Part shown: positions 9,261 to 18,525 of the stretch, one piece after another
Numbering within the stretch: the stretch's first letter is position 1
Layout of the letters: each line of letters begins with the position of its first letter
DNA from: Candidatus Eremiobacteria bacterium
GTDB taxonomy: Bacteria > Vulcanimicrobiota > Vulcanimicrobiia > Vulcanimicrobiales > Vulcanimicrobiaceae
DNA length: 64,000 bases
NCBI GenBank assembly: GCA_963758295.1
Contig: CAVWUU010000004.1
Coordinates: 1,088,001-1,152,000, forward strand
Reading direction: 5' to 3'
Made by a program: the position numbers and the translations under genes
The notes under the pieces: model-generated
The model's input: only the letters and a program-made list of their open reading frames with translations
What the model was told of the DNA's origin: nothing
Databases searched by the model: none

Positions 9261-9533
9261 CTAGTAGTCGCGCGGCTTTTCAAAAGGTGCGTTGACGATC
9301 CGGGCAGCCGCGCGGGCCGACATGCGCCGGCCTCGGTCGGTCGATGATTCCGCACCGCTCCGAAATGCGCGCAAGAAAAACGGCAAAAGCCACAACCCTA
9401 AGAGCAACACGATGACGCCGGCGAACACATAATGACTCCAGAGCATCCACGCGCCGTACGCAATGAGCGCAATTGACACGACGGTGCCGGGGATTGCGCG
9501 AATGGAGCGCCTCTTTTCTTCCATGATGCCCAT
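9261..9533 (-). CDS. Small membrane protein
   Basis: Two hydrophobic segments; collinear with neighbouring genes. Confidence 0.55.
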   Translation of the reverse strand: MGIMEEKRRSIRAIPGTVVSIALIAYGAWMLWSHYVFAGVIVLLLGLWLLPFFLRAFRSGAESSTDRGRRMSARAAARIVNAPFEKPRDY

Positions 9534-9588
9534 TGATTCGTCCAGCTCGCATGCTTGTCTTATGGCGGCAACGTGAGCCGTTGAGACT

Positions 9589-9920
9589 ATGACGGGGGCA
9601 GTGATGAGATGCGCCTGTCCTTCGACGGGCTCAGGATGACGAGCGGAAGATGAAACGCGCCTGTCCTTCGACCAGCTCAGATGACGAGGGCAGTGATGAG
9701 ATGCGCCTGTCCCTCGACGGGCTCAGGATGACGAGGGCAGTGATGAGATGCGCCTGTCCTTCGACCAGCTCAGATGACGAGGGCAGTGATGAGATGCGCC
9801 TGTCCTTCGACCAGCTCAGATGACGAGGGCAGTGATGAGATGCGCCTGTCCTTCGACGGGCTCAGGATGACGAGCGGAAGATGAAACGCGCCTGTCCTTC
9901 GACCAGCTCACATGGCGAGG
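9589..9920. repeat. Direct tandem array of 7 REP-like half-elements, period 46-47 bp
   Basis: Core GCGCCTGTCCTTCGAC(GG/CA)GCTCAG(G)ATGACG starts at about 9611, 9657, 9703, 9750, 9796, 9842 and 9888, with two recurring linker types. Confidence 0.92.
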
Positions 9921-9928
9921 GAACAAAG

Positions 9929-9963
9929 AAAAAGAGCCACCGAGAAAACGGTGGCCCTTTTTT
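9929..9963. terminator. Bidirectional intrinsic terminator downstream of rho
   Basis: AAAAAGA-GCCACCG-agaaaa-CGGTGGC-CCTTTTTT. Confidence 0.85.
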
Positions 9964-9976
9964 GTGTCCGGTGGAG

Positions 9977-11449
9977 CTAGTAGCGGCCGTTGGAGCTTTC
10001 TTCGTAGCCACGTGACATCGAAAGCGCTTCTTTGGTGACGGCTTGCAGAAACTCTTCGTTGTTTCGCGTTTGTGCCATCTTCTCGAGAATCATCTCGGTG
10101 ATGTCGCCGCTGTTAAGCGCAGCGCTGACGCGGCGAAGCATCCATACCTTGCGCATCTCTTCCGCAGTGAGGAGCAACTCCTCGCGACGCGTGCCCGACC
10201 GCTTGATGTCGACGGCGGGGAAAACACGCGATTCGGCGAGTTTGCGGGTGAGGTTGAGTTCCATGTTGCCGGTGCCTTTGAACTCTTCGAAAATCACGTC
10301 GTCCATCTTCGAGCCGGTCTCCACGAGAGCGGTGCCGATGATGGTGAGCGATCCGCCGCCTTCGATCTTGCGTGCCGCGCCGAAGAAACGCTTCGGTTTG
10401 TGCAGCGACGCCGTATCAAGACCGCCGGAGAGCGTGCGTCCGGAAGTCGGAACGACTTGGTTGTACGCACGGGCGAGACGGGTGATGGAGTCGAGAAGAA
10501 TCACGACGTCCTTGCCCATTTCGACGAGGCGCTTTGCGCGCTCCATCGTGAGTTCGGCTACGGCCGTGTGATTCTCGGGATGCTCGTCGAACGTCGAGGC
10601 GACGACTTCACCGTCGATCGTGCGTTGCATATCCGTTACTTCTTCCGGACGCTCGTCGACGAGCAACGCGATAATGTGCGCTTCCGGATGATTGATCGAG
10701 ATGCCCTGCGCGATATTTTTCAGCAGGGTCGTCTTGCCGGCTTTCGGCGGTGAAACGATTAGCGCGCGCTGACCTTTGCCGATGGGGCAGAACAGGTCGA
10801 TGACACGGGTGGAGAGCTGCGTCGAACGATTTTCGAGGCGAAAACGCTCCTCGGGGAAAATCGGCGTGCCTTTTTCGAAAACCGCGCGGCCCCGAATCGC
10901 TTCGGGATCGTAGCCGTTGACTTTGTCGACGCGAATGAGACCGTAGTACTTTTCGCTCTCTTTGGGGCGGCGAACTTGACCTTCCACCATGTCGGCGCGG
11001 CGCAATTCGAAGCGACGAATTTGCGACTGGCTTACATAGATGTCATCGTTTCCGATAACGTAGCCGCCGCGACGTAGAAAGCCGTAGCCTTCCGGAAGAA
11101 TGTCGAGGATGCCGCTCGCCATCTCCAGACCCGAGCGCTGTTGCTGCCCGGCCAGAATTGCGGCGACGATCTCATCTTTCTTCATCGTCGTCGGGTTGCC
11201 GAGAACGATTTCATGTTCTTGGGCAATCTCGACCAGTTCGGCTTTTTTCTTGCCTTCCAGATCGGCTGCCGTCAACATCGGCGGACCAGTTTCTACAGTA
11301 GGAAACTGATCGTGCTGTTGATACTGATTGTTGAAATGATGACGGCGGCGTGGACGGCGGCGACGACCACCGCTTCCTTGCGGCCCACCATTGGGGTTTG
11401 GGCGATGTTCCGTTTGCAGAGGACTTGTCTCTCTCGTAGAGCCGCACAT
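9977..11449 (-). CDS. rho: Transcription termination factor Rho (start uncertain)
   Basis: GYGFLR, DIYVSQSQIRRF, GKGQR..PPKAGKT, DERPEEVTD and EFKGTGNME motifs. Confidence 0.97.
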   Translation of the reverse strand: MCGSTRETSPLQTEHRPNPNGGPQGSGGRRRRPRRRHHFNNQYQQHDQFPTVETGPPMLTAADLEGKKKAELVEIAQEHEIVLGNPTTMKKDEIVAAILAGQQQRSGLEMASGILDILPEGYGFLRRGGYVIGNDDIYVSQSQIRRFELRRADMVEGQVRRPKESEKYYGLIRVDKVNGYDPEAIRGRAVFEKGTPIFPEERFRLENRSTQLSTRVIDLFCPIGKGQRALIVSPPKAGKTTLLKNIAQGISINHPEAHIIALLVDERPEEVTDMQRTIDGEVVASTFDEHPENHTAVAELTMERAKRLVEMGKDVVILLDSITRLARAYNQVVPTSGRTLSGGLDTASLHKPKRFFGAARKIEGGGSLTIIGTALVETGSKMDDVIFEEFKGTGNMELNLTRKLAESRVFPAVDIKRSGTRREELLLTAEEMRKVWMLRRVSAALNSGDITEMILEKMAQTRNNEEFLQAVTKEALSMSRGYEESSNGRY

Positions 11450-11575
11450 ATGAAACGAGCGATCTCATCACGGGCGAGGCTGCCACGCGCGGATCGATTC
11501 ATATGAACGAGGGGATTGAACGCAGTCACTATATCACACGCAATCTGCACACGACAAGACGCGTTGTAAGCCGAC

Positions 11576-12172
11576 TTACGGTGAAAGCGCCTTCGGACCG
11601 CTAACGAGCGGATTGCCGCGTTCGTAGAAACGAAGCCGGCGCGTTGCAGCGCGCGTGATGCCGATCCGCCGACTGCTGCCGACCGGCGAACCGAGGCTTG
11701 CCGGTTCCGCCACCCATAACCCGCGATCGGCCGGAAGATATGCGCCGTCTAGCGAGCGGTCGATGTCGAGCGCCTGGCACAGGCGGCCCGGGCCGCGGCA
11801 GAGATCGCGGATGACCAACGTGCGGCGACGCATTTGCATGAGCTTGAGGCCCTCGACCGGCTCCAATGCTCGCACAAGGACGCCGGCTCCGATGCCCGCC
11901 GCTTCGCTCCCGACGTTAAAGCAGAAGTTGGCCCCGTAGATGAGGTAAATGTAGGCGTGGAAGGGCTCGCGGAACATTGACTGATTCCTCGGCCGTTCGC
12001 CGATGTAGGAATGCGATGCCGGGTCGTTCGGGGGATAAGCTTCCGTCTCGATTATTCGGCCGGCGGCCAAGCCATCTGCGCTTTCCCGAACGAGCACATA
12101 GCCGATGAGCCGCCGCGCAAGTTCGACCGTTTCAATCGGCAATTTGCTGAAGTCGGCGCGCCGGAGATCCAC
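11576..12172 (-). CDS. DNA-3-methyladenine glycosylase (Aag/MPG family)
   Basis: GRIIETEAY..DPASH, YIYLIYG, GVLVRALEP, GPGRLCQAL and RIGI motifs; start reassigned to GTG at 12172. Confidence 0.92.
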   Translation of the reverse strand: MDLRRADFSKLPIETVELARRLIGYVLVRESADGLAAGRIIETEAYPPNDPASHSYIGERPRNQSMFREPFHAYIYLIYGANFCFNVGSEAAGIGAGVLVRALEPVEGLKLMQMRRRTLVIRDLCRGPGRLCQALDIDRSLDGAYLPADRGLWVAEPASLGSPVGSSRRIGITRAATRRLRFYERGNPLVSGPKALSP

Positions 12173-12182
12173 GGATGCCGCA

Positions 12183-12611
12183 TTATGCGGCAGAATGCAT
12201 CGCGACCTCTGCACGCGCACGTTCAGTAAGGTCGATTTCCGCACACGGCTCGACGGCGTACTTGCGGAAGCGATTGAGCTTGCAGCGCAGGCGGACATAC
12301 GGAAGCACGAGTGGCGGAGGGACGTCACGGTGGTTCGTCAGATCCTCGACGAGCGCCGCATCGGGTAGAGAGAACGCCACATTTTCGACGTTTCTCTCGC
12401 ACAACAAGCCGGCGACCGATTCCATTGCGGCGTACGCCACTTCGCGTTCCGCCAGGCCGGTGTAGCGTTTTACGCGGAAGGCGGCTCGCACAAGCCGCTC
12501 TCCCGCGCTCGACATAAGGCGCGCATAGACGATGCCGTCGCCGCTAGGGGCGGCTGCATAACCGAGTTGGACTCCGATTGTCTCTCGCGTAGTGGAACGC
12601 ATCATCATCAA
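12183..12611 (-). CDS. Hypothetical protein, probably a degenerate RNase HI-like fold
   Basis: EVAYAAMESVAGLL..NVENVAFSLPDAALVEDL..YVRLRCKLNRF follows the pattern of the archaeal/Gram-positive RNase HI (EbsB) family, but the catalytic motifs are not recognisable; GAGG RBS. Confidence 0.6.
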   Translation of the reverse strand: MMMMRSTTRETIGVQLGYAAAPSGDGIVYARLMSSAGERLVRAAFRVKRYTGLAEREVAYAAMESVAGLLCERNVENVAFSLPDAALVEDLTNHRDVPPPLVLPYVRLRCKLNRFRKYAVEPCAEIDLTERARAEVAMHSAA

Positions 12612-12624
12612 GCCTCGTGGCTTT

Positions 12625-12654
12625 ATGATATGCGAACGTATGTTCGTATGTCAA
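12625..12654 (-). promoter_or_regulatory. Sigma70 promoter with an embedded LexA (SOS) box
   Basis: Minus strand TTGACA(12654-12649)-N18-TATCAT(12630-12625). CGAAC-GTAT-GTTCG at 12633-12646 matches the Gram-positive LexA consensus CGAAC-N4-GTTCG. Confidence 0.9.
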
Positions 12655-13820
12655 GCCGGGCGGGATTCGCGCTTGTGCCCCGCCGGCTCGGGCTGCAAGA
12701 GGCTCCAGTACAATTCCAGCATTCGGTCCGATTGATCGTCGATTGCGAACCGTCCGGCGGCAATTTTGGCGCGTCGCTGCGCCGCTTCGTCGGGTTCATG
12801 CGGAATCGCACGTAAGGCCGCAGCAAAAGCCTCCGGCGTCGGTACCACGACGCTCCCCACGTCTCTGAGGACGTCGCGGTTCGGGGCGCAGTCCGCGGCA
12901 ATGACGTACGCGCCGGCGGCGAGCGCTTCGGCCTGAACGAGCCCCTGGGTTTCGGTCGTGCTCGGAAAAACGAAGGCGTCGGCGCTTGCATAGAGATTCG
13001 GCAACTGTTCCCGCTGCACGACGCCGAGGAATCGCGTTTGCCGGGCAACACCTATTTGTTGCGCCAGTTCCTGTAACTCTTCACGCTGCGGACCGTCGCC
13101 CGCAATGATGAGGCACAACGAAGGGTCTCCCGCTTTCGCCAGAGCTTGTAGAAGCATTTCGACGTTCTTCTCGCGCGCGAGTCGCGAAACGAAAAGAATC
13201 AATCGTTGATCGTCGCGCACACCGAGCGCCTTGCGCAGCTTTTTATCGCGTTTCCCGTTTCCGAAATGGCCCACGTCGATTCCGCTTGGCATGATCTCGA
13301 GGCGCACTTCCACGCCGATCTCGCGTAAATGATTCGCCATTGCTTGCGTCGGCACGACAACCGCATCAACGAGGTTGCCGAACGTCCGGGTTAATTGAGA
13401 AGCAGCGAATCGCGTTGCATTTGGTTCGAAGGGTACGTAATGCGCGTACATTTCGAGATGCGTATGATACGTATACACGACCGGCATTCCGAAACGGCGC
13501 GCGTAACGCAATCCGAGCCATCCCGTAACGAACGGCGAATGCACATGAATCAGCGACAAGCGCTTCACGATGTTGTTGATGTTTTTGCGGCTTACGAGCG
13601 GCAACGTCAGCCGGTACGGCGTGCGCGTCGGCAACGGAAGCGAAGGCATCCGCAACACCGGACCATCGTTCTCGTCCGCGCCCGGCATGCTGGGGGCGAA
13701 GCAATAGACTTCATGGCCGCGCGTGCGCAAACCGGCGGCGAGCGCATCGACGGCTTCGACGACGCCGTTGACTGCCGGCCGATAAATTTCGGTGAAGAAC
13801 CCGACTCGCAGGTGGTCCAC
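12651..13820 (-). CDS. Glycosyltransferase family 4 (diacylglycerol glycosyltransferase-like)
   Basis: FTEIYRPAVNGV, YTYHT, SRLAREKN and ETQGLVQAEALA motifs. Confidence 0.9.
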   Translation of the reverse strand: MDHLRVGFFTEIYRPAVNGVVEAVDALAAGLRTRGHEVYCFAPSMPGADENDGPVLRMPSLPLPTRTPYRLTLPLVSRKNINNIVKRLSLIHVHSPFVTGWLGLRYARRFGMPVVYTYHTHLEMYAHYVPFEPNATRFAASQLTRTFGNLVDAVVVPTQAMANHLREIGVEVRLEIMPSGIDVGHFGNGKRDKKLRKALGVRDDQRLILFVSRLAREKNVEMLLQALAKAGDPSLCLIIAGDGPQREELQELAQQIGVARQTRFLGVVQREQLPNLYASADAFVFPSTTETQGLVQAEALAAGAYVIAADCAPNRDVLRDVGSVVVPTPEAFAAALRAIPHEPDEAAQRRAKIAAGRFAIDDQSDRMLELYWSLLQPEPAGHKRESRPA

Positions 13821-13961
13821 AGGCGGGCTCTTTAGGCGTTAGGTTAGGTCGGCCTGCGACTTGGGAAAACCGTTGTCTATATCCGGGAATCCCGGCCCAA
13901 CACGGCAGGGGACCCCTGCCTCAATTGTGACTTTCAGCATATCCCGGCGTTTCGACGCCCA

Positions 13962-14179
13962 TGATATAGTGCCCGAGTTACCAACGGTCGCTCGCCCTAA
14001 GAGCGGCCAGCAGGCGATCACCCGTCCCACTTGAGGACAAGCCTGCGATCGTTTTGGCGTTTCCACTGGATCCGTCAACCACTACCTCCGTAACTGTTGG
14101 TTCAGCTTACCGGTCATCGTTCGCCCTGCGGGTTTGGCGCGGGCCTTGATGGGAGCTGGGACAGGAAAGGACTACCAGG
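13962..14179 (+). promoter_or_regulatory. Extended -10 promoter and structured 5' leader
   Basis: TGaTATAGT at 13962-13970, several stems between 13976 and 14100, RBS AGGAAAGGA at about 14163-14171. Confidence 0.55.
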
Positions 14180-15232
14180 TTGATAGGACGCGGCCCCCTT
14201 CGGATCAGCCACTTGCTGTCCGTAAGCGTCTTGACCGCCGGTCTAGTCTTAGCCGGCTTTATAACCCACCCGTCGCCCGCGTATGCGGGGAGCGGAGACC
14301 TCCCACAACAACAGACGGTGACACACGTCGTCACGTTCGACTCGCAAGGGACCGTTACGCAACACGTGACGGGCGCCGCTACGGTAGGCGATTTTTTGCG
14401 CGAACGCGGCATCGTGGTCGGTGACCGCGATTATGTCGCGCCCGCACCGGACGTTCCGCTTTCGGACAAACTGACGGTAACGTATCGTCCCGCCGTTCAC
14501 GTAAAAATTGCGCTCGCACACTCCGTTGAGGATGTCGTTAGCAACGCCGAAGATGTCGGCGCATTACTCGAAGAACAAAACATTCGCATCGGTCCACACG
14601 ATCAAGTCGAGCCTTCGCTCGCTGACGAAGTACCTTCCAACGGCACGGTTCGCGTAACGCGGATCGTCACGTGGAATCGCACCGAAAAGCGCGCGATCGA
14701 TGCAGCAACCGAACACCGTCTCGATTTTTCGCTTTCCCCTGGGACGACGAAGGTCGTTTCCAAAGGTGCGGTGGGCGAACGCGACGTGATGGTTCGATTC
14801 ACGCAGCGCGACGACGGCGCAGTACAGAAATCCGTCGTTTCCGCACACGTTGTGAAACGACCGCGCCCGCGCATTATCGCTGAAGGTGTCGGCGAGTACG
14901 CAGCGTTTGCACGCTTCGCGAAACACGGTATTCAACAGACGGCTTATATTGCGGCGTCGGCTCTTGATATGATCGCGACCGCATATACGGCAAACTGTTC
15001 CGGCTGCAGTGGAGTCACCGCAATCGGACGTCCCGCGGGACACGGAATCGTCGCCGTCGATCCGAGCCTCATACCGCTTGGCACGAGACTCTATATTCCA
15101 GGCTACGGCTTGGCGATCGCCGGCGATACCGGCGGTGCAATTCACGGACACCGCATCGATTTGGGATTCAATTCAGCGCACGACGCGCTCATGTTCGGAC
15201 GTCGCGAGGTAGTCGTCTACCGCTTGAAGTAG
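14180..15232 (+). CDS. YabE/RpfB-like cell-wall protein (DUF348 repeats + G5 + 3D domain)
   Basis: TVGDFL..GI DUF348-like repeats, G5-like segment, 3D domain ATAYT..VAVDP..DTGGAI..IDL; lies directly upstream of rsmA. Confidence 0.88.
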   Translation: MIGRGPLRISHLLSVSVLTAGLVLAGFITHPSPAYAGSGDLPQQQTVTHVVTFDSQGTVTQHVTGAATVGDFLRERGIVVGDRDYVAPAPDVPLSDKLTVTYRPAVHVKIALAHSVEDVVSNAEDVGALLEEQNIRIGPHDQVEPSLADEVPSNGTVRVTRIVTWNRTEKRAIDAATEHRLDFSLSPGTTKVVSKGAVGERDVMVRFTQRDDGAVQKSVVSAHVVKRPRPRIIAEGVGEYAAFARFAKHGIQQTAYIAASALDMIATAYTANCSGCSGVTAIGRPAGHGIVAVDPSLIPLGTRLYIPGYGLAIAGDTGGAIHGHRIDLGFNSAHDALMFGRREVVVYRLK

Positions 15233-15243
15233 CTGTCCTCGTC

Positions 15244-16083
15244 GTGACGCCCGAAGAACCGAAAGAACACCCACGCGCGCTCCTGCAAACGTGGGGTTTG
15301 CGCCCCAAGAAGAGATACGGCCAAAACTTTCTCATGGACGCAGGAGCCGCGCATCGGATCGCGCGACTTTCGCTTAACGGTGCGTCCGCCAATGCGCGCG
15401 TCATAGAGATTGGCGCGGGCACCGGTGCGCTCACGCTCGCGCTGCTCGAAGAGGGCGCCGACGTTACCGCCGTCGAGATCGACCCGGAGCTCGTCGCGCT
15501 TTTACGCGACCGTCCGGACTTGCACGCCGCACATATCGTTCAAGACGACGCACTCGCCTTCGATTTCGCCGCCTTTTCCGCAATCGGTGAATGGCGCGTC
15601 GCCGGGAATCTGCCGTACAACATCGCGACGCCGCTCATCGTCGGATTATGCGAAATGAACCGGCAGCCTGAAACGATTACGGTCATGATACAAAAAGACG
15701 TCGCCGACCGGCTCGCGGCCCGTCCGGGCACGCCCGCATACGGAAGCCTTTCGATCGCCGTGCAATATGCAATGACGGTCGAAAAAGCGTTCACGCTTGG
15801 CCCGCGCGCGTTCTTTCCGCCGCCAAAAGTGGATTCGACCGTCATTCAATTAACGCGCCGTCCCGAGCCGGCCGTGCTGCCCAAAGACGTCGAACTTTTT
15901 CGCAAAGTGGTGCGCGCCTCATTTGCGTATAGAAGAAAAACCCTGGCAAACAGCCTGATGCTGGCGCTCGGATACGATCGCGAGGGCATTGGACGCGCGC
16001 TCGAGCGGGCCGGTCTTGCGGCACAGGTTCGCGGGGAGCAACTCTCCATGGCGGATTTCGCCCGCTTGGCCGATACCTTGTAA
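15244..16083 (+). CDS. rsmA: 16S rRNA m6,2A dimethyltransferase RsmA/KsgA
   Basis: GQNFL, EIGAGTG, NLPYNI, FFPPPKVDS and RRKTL motifs. Confidence 0.96.
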   Translation: MTPEEPKEHPRALLQTWGLRPKKRYGQNFLMDAGAAHRIARLSLNGASANARVIEIGAGTGALTLALLEEGADVTAVEIDPELVALLRDRPDLHAAHIVQDDALAFDFAAFSAIGEWRVAGNLPYNIATPLIVGLCEMNRQPETITVMIQKDVADRLAARPGTPAYGSLSIAVQYAMTVEKAFTLGPRAFFPPPKVDSTVIQLTRRPEPAVLPKDVELFRKVVRASFAYRRKTLANSLMLALGYDREGIGRALERAGLAAQVRGEQLSMADFARLADTL

Positions 16084-16084
16084 G

Positions 16085-17752
16085 ATGTACTCCGACGCGC
16101 AAGCGGACATGTTTCTGTCGCTCCCGTATCCCGCCTGGGTTTACGATGCGGACACCCTTCGCTATCTCGCCGTCAACGAAGCCGCGATCGCGCTTTATGG
16201 ATACACGCGCGAACAATTCGTGCGCATGACTCTAAAGGATATCCGGCCGCCCGAAGATATTCCGTCCCTGCTGGCAACCGTGCAGAGCTTAGAGAATGAG
16301 CCCTCGTTCGACGGCCCGTGGCGCCACATAACGGCGTCGCGCGAAACGATTTTCGTAGAGACGCTCTCTTCGAGCGTCACCTTCGAAGGCCGTCATGCCC
16401 GAGTCGTGCTGCTTATCGATGTAACGCAACGCGTCCATGGCGAGCGGCGGCTGGAGTACCTGGCGCTGCACGACGGCCTCACGGGATTACCGAACCGCCT
16501 GTCGCTCACAGAAACGCTGGCTGCGATGGTTGCCACGAAACCGCACAGCATCGGCGTCTTCTTTCTCGAGTTTTCAGGGCTCAGCACGATCAACGAAACA
16601 TTGGGCCACGTGATTGGCGATGAAGTGCTGCGTCGCGCGGCGCACCGTTTGCAAGAAGCCTCTGAAGACGGGCACGTTATCGGACGCTGGGGCGATCATG
16701 AGTTTGTGATGTTCGCCCAAAACGTCGAAGACGACGATCTGCACCGCCTTTCTTCCCATCTGTTGCGCGCGTTCAAGCGGCCTTTCAATTTTCACGGGCG
16801 CACATTACACGTATCGCCGAGCATCGGCATCAGCGGATACCCGCTCGATTCCGAAAACGCCGATCAGCTAATCCGTCGGGCGAAGACGGCGATGTACGCG
16901 GCGGTTTCGCTCCAAACGGGGTGCGAGCTTTTCACGCCGGAGATGGAGCACGCGGTCGAAAGACGGCTGCAAGTCGAAAACGATTTGCGAGCAGCGCTGG
17001 AGACTAACGCCTTTGTCTTACATGTACAACCGATTTTCAACGCCCGCCTAGACCGCATTATCGCGGCCGAAGCGCTCTTGCGCTGGAAACATCCGAAATA
17101 CGGCGATCTTTTTCCGGGCGACTTTGTCGACGTGGCGGAGGAGACGGGTCTGATCGTCCCGATCGGCACGTTCGTCATTAAGGAAGCGTGCCGCATGGCG
17201 CGCGCATGGAAAGATCGCGGCATCAATGTGCCGATTGCGGTAAATATTTCAGGCCGCCAGCTCTATGACGACACGCTTCTTTCCGACATCAGCACGGCGC
17301 TGTTGCGCAACGCGCTGCCGCCGGAATATCTGGAAATCGAAATCACCGAAAGCAGCGTCGTCACGGATATGGAGTATGCGCTCGATATCATCCTCGAGTT
17401 ACGCGAGATCGGAGTGCGAGTGGCGATCGACGACTTCGGAACCGGATACAACTCCATGGTGCACTTGAAGCGCCTGCCGGTTCACACGCTGAAGATCGAC
17501 CGAACGTTCATCAAGGAAATGCTCGAGAATCAATTTGATTACGCAATGGTCGAGGCGATGATCGGACTTGGGCGGCGCTTGGGACTGCACATTGTTGCCG
17601 AAGGCATAGAAAACGCCGCACAAGCGAGCGCGGCCGTTCAATTGGGGGCGACTGCAATGCAAGGGTACCTGATGGCGCGGCCGATGCCCTCCGATGCGTT
17701 TGTCAGCTTCTACGGTAGCGACTGGAAGGTTAGCGCCCGCACGCTCTCGTAG
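16085..17752 (+). CDS. PAS-GGDEF(degenerate)-EAL protein, likely a c-di-GMP phosphodiesterase
   Basis: PAS domain (VNEAA..YGY), GGDEF replaced by GDHEF, intact EAL and DDFGTGY; start reassigned to ATG 16085. Confidence 0.9.
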   Translation: MYSDAQADMFLSLPYPAWVYDADTLRYLAVNEAAIALYGYTREQFVRMTLKDIRPPEDIPSLLATVQSLENEPSFDGPWRHITASRETIFVETLSSSVTFEGRHARVVLLIDVTQRVHGERRLEYLALHDGLTGLPNRLSLTETLAAMVATKPHSIGVFFLEFSGLSTINETLGHVIGDEVLRRAAHRLQEASEDGHVIGRWGDHEFVMFAQNVEDDDLHRLSSHLLRAFKRPFNFHGRTLHVSPSIGISGYPLDSENADQLIRRAKTAMYAAVSLQTGCELFTPEMEHAVERRLQVENDLRAALETNAFVLHVQPIFNARLDRIIAAEALLRWKHPKYGDLFPGDFVDVAEETGLIVPIGTFVIKEACRMARAWKDRGINVPIAVNISGRQLYDDTLLSDISTALLRNALPPEYLEIEITESSVVTDMEYALDIILELREIGVRVAIDDFGTGYNSMVHLKRLPVHTLKIDRTFIKEMLENQFDYAMVEAMIGLGRRLGLHIVAEGIENAAQASAAVQLGATAMQGYLMARPMPSDAFVSFYGSDWKVSARTLS

Positions 17753-17760
17753 GCGGCACC

Positions 17761-18525
17761 ATGGTAGCCGAAGACGTCGTCGAAGAGCCGGTAAGCGCAT
17801 GGCCTGACCGGTGGCCCCGCGATAGCTTCCGGGCCGGCCCCACAGCGCTCTTGATTTTTGCCATCGTCGGCGCGACAGCTATTATCCTCATAGCGGCCGC
17901 CGTTTGGTTCGTGCTTTCGAATCCCGCGGCAGCGCGCAAGGGCGCGCTGGATCTGTCCACGGGCATGGCTATCCAGCTGGTTCTGGAGGCGATAATCGTC
18001 GCCATGATTCTCTGGGCGCTCCCTCGCGTGTCGGGCATGTCGTTAAGAAGTCTCGGCTTCCGGGCGCTGCAGCCCAAACAACTCGCGTTTGCAGCCGTTG
18101 CTGCGCTCGTGATGGCGCTGGTCGTCAACGGCGGCGCTTCGCTGATCGAAACGCTGACACATCACCAGCACGAGCAGCAGGTCGTGCAGATGTTCAAAGC
18201 CGTGAAAAACCCCGGCGTCATGGTGTTTTTTGCCATTTTCGCCGTTCTTCTGGCGCCGATCGCGGAGGAAATCGTCTTCCGCGTTTTTCTCTTCAACATC
18301 GGCCTGCGCTACGGCGGCTTTTGGCTTGGCGCAATCATCAGCGCGGTGCTGTTCGGCTTCGCGCACGGCGACGTGTTCGTGGTCGCACCGCTGGCGCTCG
18401 GCGGCCTTGTTCTCTGTTACGTCTACTATCGCACGCGTAACGCGTACGCATCGATGATCACGCACGGGCTGTTCAACTCGTTCACGGTGATCGCGTTGAT
18501 TTTTGCGCCGAATCTAGCGAAGTAG
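17761..18525 (+). CDS. CPBP family intramembrane protease (CAAX/Abi)
   Basis: EEIVFR, FGFAH and HGLFN motifs. Confidence 0.9.
   Translation: MVAEDVVEEPVSAWPDRWPRDSFRAGPTALLIFAIVGATAIILIAAAVWFVLSNPAAARKGALDLSTGMAIQLVLEAIIVAMILWALPRVSGMSLRSLGFRALQPKQLAFAAVAALVMALVVNGGASLIETLTHHQHEQQVVQMFKAVKNPGVMVFFAIFAVLLAPIAEEIVFRVFLFNIGLRYGGFWLGAIISAVLFGFAHGDVFVVAPLALGGLVLCYVYYRTRNAYASMITHGLFNSFTVIALIFAPNLAK

Noticed and set aside
9589..9920. CRISPR-like periodic repeat
   Set aside because: The spacers are only about 15 bp and recur in two types, there are no cas genes in the window, and the motif is the dispersed REP-like element.
13926..13941. Crp-like site TGTGA-N6-GCATA
   Set aside because: The second half-site is poor; not enough support.
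13976..14179. c-di-AMP (ydaO) riboswitch, 6S RNA or RNase P RNA
   Set aside because: I could not find their hallmark motifs, so it is reported only as an unassigned structured leader.
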